This document shows positions 57,768-62,000 of a DNA stretch of 62,000 nt, piece after piece. The DNA lies in the NCBI RefSeq assembly GCF_000737315.1, contig NZ_JMCB01000004.1:20001-82000 (forward strand). Direction: 5' to 3'. Positions within the stretch are counted from its first letter, which is position 1, and each line of letters starts with the position of its first letter. Both the position numbers and the translations under genes were made by a program. Source of the DNA: Hyalangium minutum (GTDB taxonomy: Bacteria > Myxococcota > Myxococcia > Myxococcales > Myxococcaceae). Below the pieces are notes generated by a model. That model was not told the origin of the DNA, did no database searches, and saw nothing but the letters and a program-made list of their open reading frames with translations.

Positions 57768-59531
57768 ATGCGCCTTGGGGAACTGCTCATCCAAGAGAAG
57801 CTCATCACGCCCCAGGCCCTGGAGGAGGCCCTGGAGGCGCAGGTCGTCCATGGCGGGCGCCTGGGGACGAACCTGCTGGAGCTCGGGTTCATCTCGGAGA
57901 AGGACCTGGCGCGCATGCTGGGGCAGCTGCACGGGTGTGCGCACTCCTCGGGGACGATGACCCCGGATGCCCAGGCGCTGGCCCTGGTGGACCTCAACGA
58001 CGCGGACAACAAGGACTACCTGCCCATGCGGGCGGACGCGACGCGGCTGAGCCTGGCGGTCATCAACCCCCGGGACTTCGCGACGCTGGATGCGTTGGCG
58101 TTCAAGACGGGCAAGCGGGTGGTGCCCGTGGTCATCCCCGAGTTCCGGATGAACCAGTTGCTGCGCCGCTACTGCAAGGCGTTCCGGCCGCTGCGAGCCA
58201 TCGACATGAACGCCATCCGGCCGCCCAAGGCGGCGCAGGAGGCGGCGGCGGGCGCTCAGGCCAAGGCCAATAAGACGGCGGAGCTCATCAGCGAGGATGA
58301 GTTCCAGTCCGTCTACGCCCAGGCGCTCACGGGCGGCGCTCGCTCCGAATTCATCAACGAGCTGCTCGAGGAGGAAGAGGAGGTCATCACCGGCGAGGAG
58401 GTTGTCGCCGAAGAGGAAGAGGTCATCACCGGAGAGGTACTGGAGGAGCCCGCGCCCGCGCCTGCGGCACCCGAAGAGGTGTACGCGTCGCTGCCGCCCG
58501 CTCCGCCCGAGCGGCCGACGCTTCCCATGTGGACGCTCCCGGCCGTCATGCCTTCACTGGAGCCGGCACCTGCCCCGAGCAAGCCCCCGGTTCCGGACTA
58601 CCCGATGCCTCCGGTGGCGCCCCCTGTGGCCGCTCCGGTGGCTCCTCCCGTGGCCTCTCCCGTGGCGCCGTTCCGGCCCGTGCCCTCGGAGCCTTCGCCT
58701 CCCGTGCCGGACATCCCGTTCATCCCAGCGCACGTTCCCACGCCCGCGGAGACGCCCGCGCGCCGCCCCACAGCGGCCTTCATCCCGGTTCCCTCGGACG
58801 CTGCCGCGCCGCGCGCCGCGCCGCCGGTGGGAGCGCTGCCTCCCGTGGCGCCGATCGTTCCGCCCGTGGCTCGGCCCACGATTCCTCCTGTCCCCACTCA
58901 GGCCAAGGCTCCGCCCGTCGCGGCCAGCCCGGGTGTCGCCGCGCCTGCGAAGCCGGGTGTCGCCGCGCCAGGGAAGACGGTGACTCGGCGTCCTGCCGCG
59001 CTCTCGGCCAAGCCGCCGCCTCCGAAGCCGCTCAACTTCGCGGAGGCCCAGGCACAGCTCTCGCAGAGCTCGGACCGCGAGGACGTGGCGACGACGGTGC
59101 TGCGCTATGCCGTGGGCCGGTGGCGGCGGTGCCTGCTGCTGTCGGTGCAGGGCAGCCTGGTGACGGGCTGGCACGGCATGGGCCGAGGCGTCCGGGACGC
59201 CGCGATCCGCCGCATTGGCGTGGCGCTGCGCGAGGGCAACACCTTCCGGCTGGTGCGGGACACGCGCTCGCACTACATCGGGCCGGTCCGCCGGGACACG
59301 GCGATGAACGTCTTCTACCGGCTGCTCGGCGCGGACAAGCGGCCGGAGCCGCCGTTCCCGAAGACGTCCGTGATCCTCCCGCTGCTCGTGCGGGGCAAGG
59401 TCGTCCACCTGCTGTACCTTGACAACGGTCCAGACCAGCTCACCACGCCCGATGTGGGCGAGCTGCTCATCCTGGCGCAGAGCGTGGCCCGCTCGTACGA
59501 GGCCATGATCCGGCGCCGCAAGAGCGCCTGA
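57768..59531 (+). CDS. MshEN (T2SSE_N/GspE N-terminal) domain protein with Pro-rich linker and C-terminal domain
   Basis: Tandem RLGELLIQEKLITPQALEEALEAQ and RLGTNLLELGFISEKDL motifs. No ATPase domain. Confidence 0.8.
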   Translation: MRLGELLIQEKLITPQALEEALEAQVVHGGRLGTNLLELGFISEKDLARMLGQLHGCAHSSGTMTPDAQALALVDLNDADNKDYLPMRADATRLSLAVINPRDFATLDALAFKTGKRVVPVVIPEFRMNQLLRRYCKAFRPLRAIDMNAIRPPKAAQEAAAGAQAKANKTAELISEDEFQSVYAQALTGGARSEFINELLEEEEEVITGEEVVAEEEEVITGEVLEEPAPAPAAPEEVYASLPPAPPERPTLPMWTLPAVMPSLEPAPAPSKPPVPDYPMPPVAPPVAAPVAPPVASPVAPFRPVPSEPSPPVPDIPFIPAHVPTPAETPARRPTAAFIPVPSDAAAPRAAPPVGALPPVAPIVPPVARPTIPPVPTQAKAPPVAASPGVAAPAKPGVAAPGKTVTRRPAALSAKPPPPKPLNFAEAQAQLSQSSDREDVATTVLRYAVGRWRRCLLLSVQGSLVTGWHGMGRGVRDAAIRRIGVALREGNTFRLVRDTRSHYIGPVRRDTAMNVFYRLLGADKRPEPPFPKTSVILPLLVRGKVVHLLYLDNGPDQLTTPDVGELLILAQSVARSYEAMIRRRKSA

Positions 59532-59564
59532 GCCAGCGAAACGGTCCTCTCCGGCCGCGCCTTA

Positions 59565-59805
59565 TCCGAACCGGTCTGGTTGTTGGACAGGTTGGGCCAC
59601 GGAAAGGTGGGACGGGTGCCCCTGGGCACACTCTGTCCAGACCGGTCTGGCTGTCAGACAGGTTGGCGCGGAGCGGGTGGGGTGAGCGTCCTCCGGCCGT
59701 GCTTTGCCCGAACTGGTCTGGCTGTCAGACCAGTTGTTGCGCAGCGCGGGGGAGGGGCTCCCCGGAGGCGCCCTGTCCGGACCGGTCTGGTTGTCAGACC
59801 CGTTT
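59565..59805. repeat. Intergenic array of four ~30-bp palindromic units with 71/71/69-bp period (REP/BIME-like)
   Basis: Core AC(C/T)GGTCTGG(C/T)TGT(C/T)(A/G)GAC at 59570, 59641, 59712 and 59781, between convergent genes. Confidence 0.9.
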
Positions 59806-59841
59806 GTAAGCAGTGCCGCCGGGAGGGGCTGACCGGCGCCG

Positions 59842-61767
59842 CTACTCGCCTTCTTCCTGGTCCTCGAAGTCGACGCTGAAGTTCACGCGCTGGGTGGGTT
59901 CGACCACGAAGGACTTCTGCCAGCGCGCGCCGTTCACGATGACCACGAGCCGGTGCGCGCCCTCGTAGAGATCCAGCTCTTCCACGGGGGCCTTGCCCAC
60001 GTTGCGCCCGTCCACCTGAACCACGGCGCCCTCGGGGGCATGCACGTTGACGAAGCCCTTGTTCAGGTAGATGCGGACGGTGGTGCGGCCCTCGGGCCCC
60101 ACGGTCACCGTGCGCGAGGTCTGGATGCCCAGTGCCGAGTTGCTCAGCGACAGCAGGTACCGTCCCGGCGTCAGAGGCGCGATCACCGGAGTGCGCCCCA
60201 GCGGTCCACCATCCGGGAGGAAGGCGTCCACGCGCGGGTCCACGATCAGCTCCAGCGTGGGCTCGACCCCGGCATCCACGCCGCCATCCGTGCCTCCGTC
60301 AGCACCCAGCTCAGGCACTCCCGCATCCGCGGGCACGCCGCCATCCGCGAACGCCATCGGGTCCGTGGAAGGGGGCACGATCTGCGAGGGATCGGCGTTC
60401 AGCAGATCTCCCAGGCCCGGGATGTTCAGCGGGATCCTGTCTCGCGCGACGACCACGGCCGCCGCCACCGAGATCAGCATCAGCGATGCGATCACGGCCA
60501 CTACCGGGAATCGCGAGCCGGAGCCCTTCGCCGCCGGAGGTGGTGGCACGGGCGCCACGGGTCCAGCCGGCGCAGCCACGGGCGGCTGAGGCGTGGGAGC
60601 GGACGCTGCGGCAGGTGGGGGCACCGCGGCAGGAGCCGGCGGCGCGGAGGGGGTGGCGGGAGGCGTCGCGGGACGCGCAGTCGCGGAGTTCCCAGCCGGA
60701 GGAGGCGCGGCCGGGGCTTGTGGCTTGGGCGTGCTGGCCGGAGGCTGCGACGGAGCCTTGGCCACCGGCGCCGGGGCCGGAGCGGCAGGAGCCACGGTGG
60801 GCGCGGAGCCCGTCGCGGGCTTCAACGCACCCGAGTGCTTGATCGCCTCCGCGATCCCGAACTCGAGCACCTTGCTCCGCGCCGAGCGGGCCTCGTCGTT
60901 CACCGGGAAGAGCCGGTTCATGAACGTCATCAAGACGTCCTGAGGCGGCAGGTCGCCCATGGCCTCGACAATGGCCTCGCGCAGGGCGAGCGCCGAGGGG
61001 TAGCGCTCATTGGCGCGCTTGGCAGTGGCCTTGTGCACCACCGCATCCAGCCCGCGCGGGACATTCAGCGGCAGCGAGGGCAGCGCCTCCGTCAGCGTCG
61101 CCGTGTCCGCGTCCTTCGCGTCCTTGAAGGGGATCTTCCCCGTGAGCAGCTCGTACAGCGTGAGCCCCAGCAGGAAGACGTCCGTCTGCACATTGACGGC
61201 ATCGCGGCCGCCGAGCAGCTGCTCGGGAGCGCTGTACTTGCGCCGGTTGCGCACACGGCGGCCCCCGCGCTCGCGAGGCGCCACACCCAGCGCGCCGTAG
61301 CCCGTCACCTTGCACACGCCCGTGAACGAGATGATCAGAGTCTCCGGACGCACGTCTCCGTGCACCAGCGGCGTACCGTCATCGTTGCCGGCCATGTGCG
61401 CGTAGTGGATGCCCACGGCCGCGTCCGCCACGATCTTCGCGGCGAGCGGGGGCGGAATCTTCGGCGTCACCTCCATCACCCGGCGCAAAGTCTCGCCGTC
61501 GGCGTACTCGGTGACGCGCGCCAGGCCCTGATCCAGCTGCGTCAGGCCATGCACTTTCAGGATGTGAGGGTGATCGAAGACGACCGCGCGGTTCGTCTCT
61601 CTTCGCAGCTTGTCGATCAGCTCGGGATCCTGAGCCACTTCCTGCGGCGCCCAGATGAGCACCACGGGAGTTGGAGCAGCGCCCTCTTCGAGGGCCAACC
61701 CCAAGAAGGCCCGAGAACCCTCGCCCGACAGCAGAGGGCCCAGCGGTTGATAGCGAACCTGGCTCAT
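59842..61767 (-). CDS. Membrane Ser/Thr kinase-fold protein (probable pseudokinase) with Pro/Ala linker, TM and PEGA-like domain
   Basis: Kinase fold with HPHIL, HGDVRPET, YSAPEQ and DVFLLG. Degenerate Gly-loop, VAIK and DFG. C-terminal VNVHAPEGAVVQVDG...G..P. Confidence 0.85.
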   Translation of the reverse strand: MSQVRYQPLGPLLSGEGSRAFLGLALEEGAAPTPVVLIWAPQEVAQDPELIDKLRRETNRAVVFDHPHILKVHGLTQLDQGLARVTEYADGETLRRVMEVTPKIPPPLAAKIVADAAVGIHYAHMAGNDDGTPLVHGDVRPETLIISFTGVCKVTGYGALGVAPRERGGRRVRNRRKYSAPEQLLGGRDAVNVQTDVFLLGLTLYELLTGKIPFKDAKDADTATLTEALPSLPLNVPRGLDAVVHKATAKRANERYPSALALREAIVEAMGDLPPQDVLMTFMNRLFPVNDEARSARSKVLEFGIAEAIKHSGALKPATGSAPTVAPAAPAPAPVAKAPSQPPASTPKPQAPAAPPPAGNSATARPATPPATPSAPPAPAAVPPPAAASAPTPQPPVAAPAGPVAPVPPPPAAKGSGSRFPVVAVIASLMLISVAAAVVVARDRIPLNIPGLGDLLNADPSQIVPPSTDPMAFADGGVPADAGVPELGADGGTDGGVDAGVEPTLELIVDPRVDAFLPDGGPLGRTPVIAPLTPGRYLLSLSNSALGIQTSRTVTVGPEGRTTVRIYLNKGFVNVHAPEGAVVQVDGRNVGKAPVEELDLYEGAHRLVVIVNGARWQKSFVVEPTQRVNFSVDFEDQEEGE

Positions 61768-61779
61768 GTGGTGATCATG

Positions 61780-62000
61780 CTAAAGGCGTTGGCCTTGGAA
61801 CGGGAGGGTGATGTGATACCCATACCGCCCTCGGCGTACGAGCAACAAGACGCTACGCCCCCGTCTCGCCGTCAGCAGGGCCTCTCGGAAGCTCTCCGAG
61901 TCAGGGGTTGGCTGGTTGTTTACCCTCAGCACCACGTCCCCTAGCTCCAACCCTACTTCCTGGGCTACGGAGCCCGGCCGCACGCCCGAGACGGTCAACC
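61780..62000 (-). CDS. C-terminal PDZ domain, probably of an HtrA/DegP-like protease (5' part outside the window)
   Basis: VRPGSVAQEVGLELGDVVLRVN...VLLLVRRG PDZ signature. Confidence 0.7.
   Translation of the reverse strand, partial: LTVSGVRPGSVAQEVGLELGDVVLRVNNQPTPDSESFREALLTARRGRSVLLLVRRGRYGYHITLPFQGQRL

Noticed and set aside
59565-59805. Annotation as a bona fide CRISPR array
   Set aside because: Repeats differ at several positions, spacers resemble each other in an ABAB pattern, and there is no AT-rich leader or cas gene in the window. Reported as a repeat instead.

Overview
High-GC myxobacterial chromosome segment (Myxococcales; MYXO-CTERM, RomR and EncC homologs), with no tRNA, rRNA, transposase or cas genes seen. 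Bases 1-15.2 kb are an accessory region. It holds the end of a type I PKS (terminal ACP) followed by a type II thioesterase, two cytochrome P450s (one lacking the I-helix acid-alcohol pair), a PapA5-like acyltransferase, an SDR, an orphan CrtI-like desaturase, a twin 12-Cys lipoprotein and two secreted di-heme c proteins (one carrying a CBM56 glucan-binding module). Bases 15.3-62 kb look like core genome. Its gene order matches my recollection of the Myxococcus xanthus groEL2-sinK-encC-romR-valS-nadC-glpX-eno-surE-lexA-tmoK region (recalled, not database-checked). Best leads: (1) valS carries an in-frame ~215-aa TPR-like plus histone-H1-like (AKK)n extension that starts at its own GGAGG-ATG. 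(2) A coupled operon downstream of tmoK (FecR protein, Ig protein, giant beta-barrel, DUF11/MYXO-CTERM adhesin) shares a homologous Ig module and may form a trans-envelope export or surface-sensing system. (3) A CBM56-di-heme enzyme. (4) An atypical P450 next to the PKS. (5) A four-unit palindromic array with ~70-bp period and no cas genes. Several start codons were refined by hand from the ORF track.
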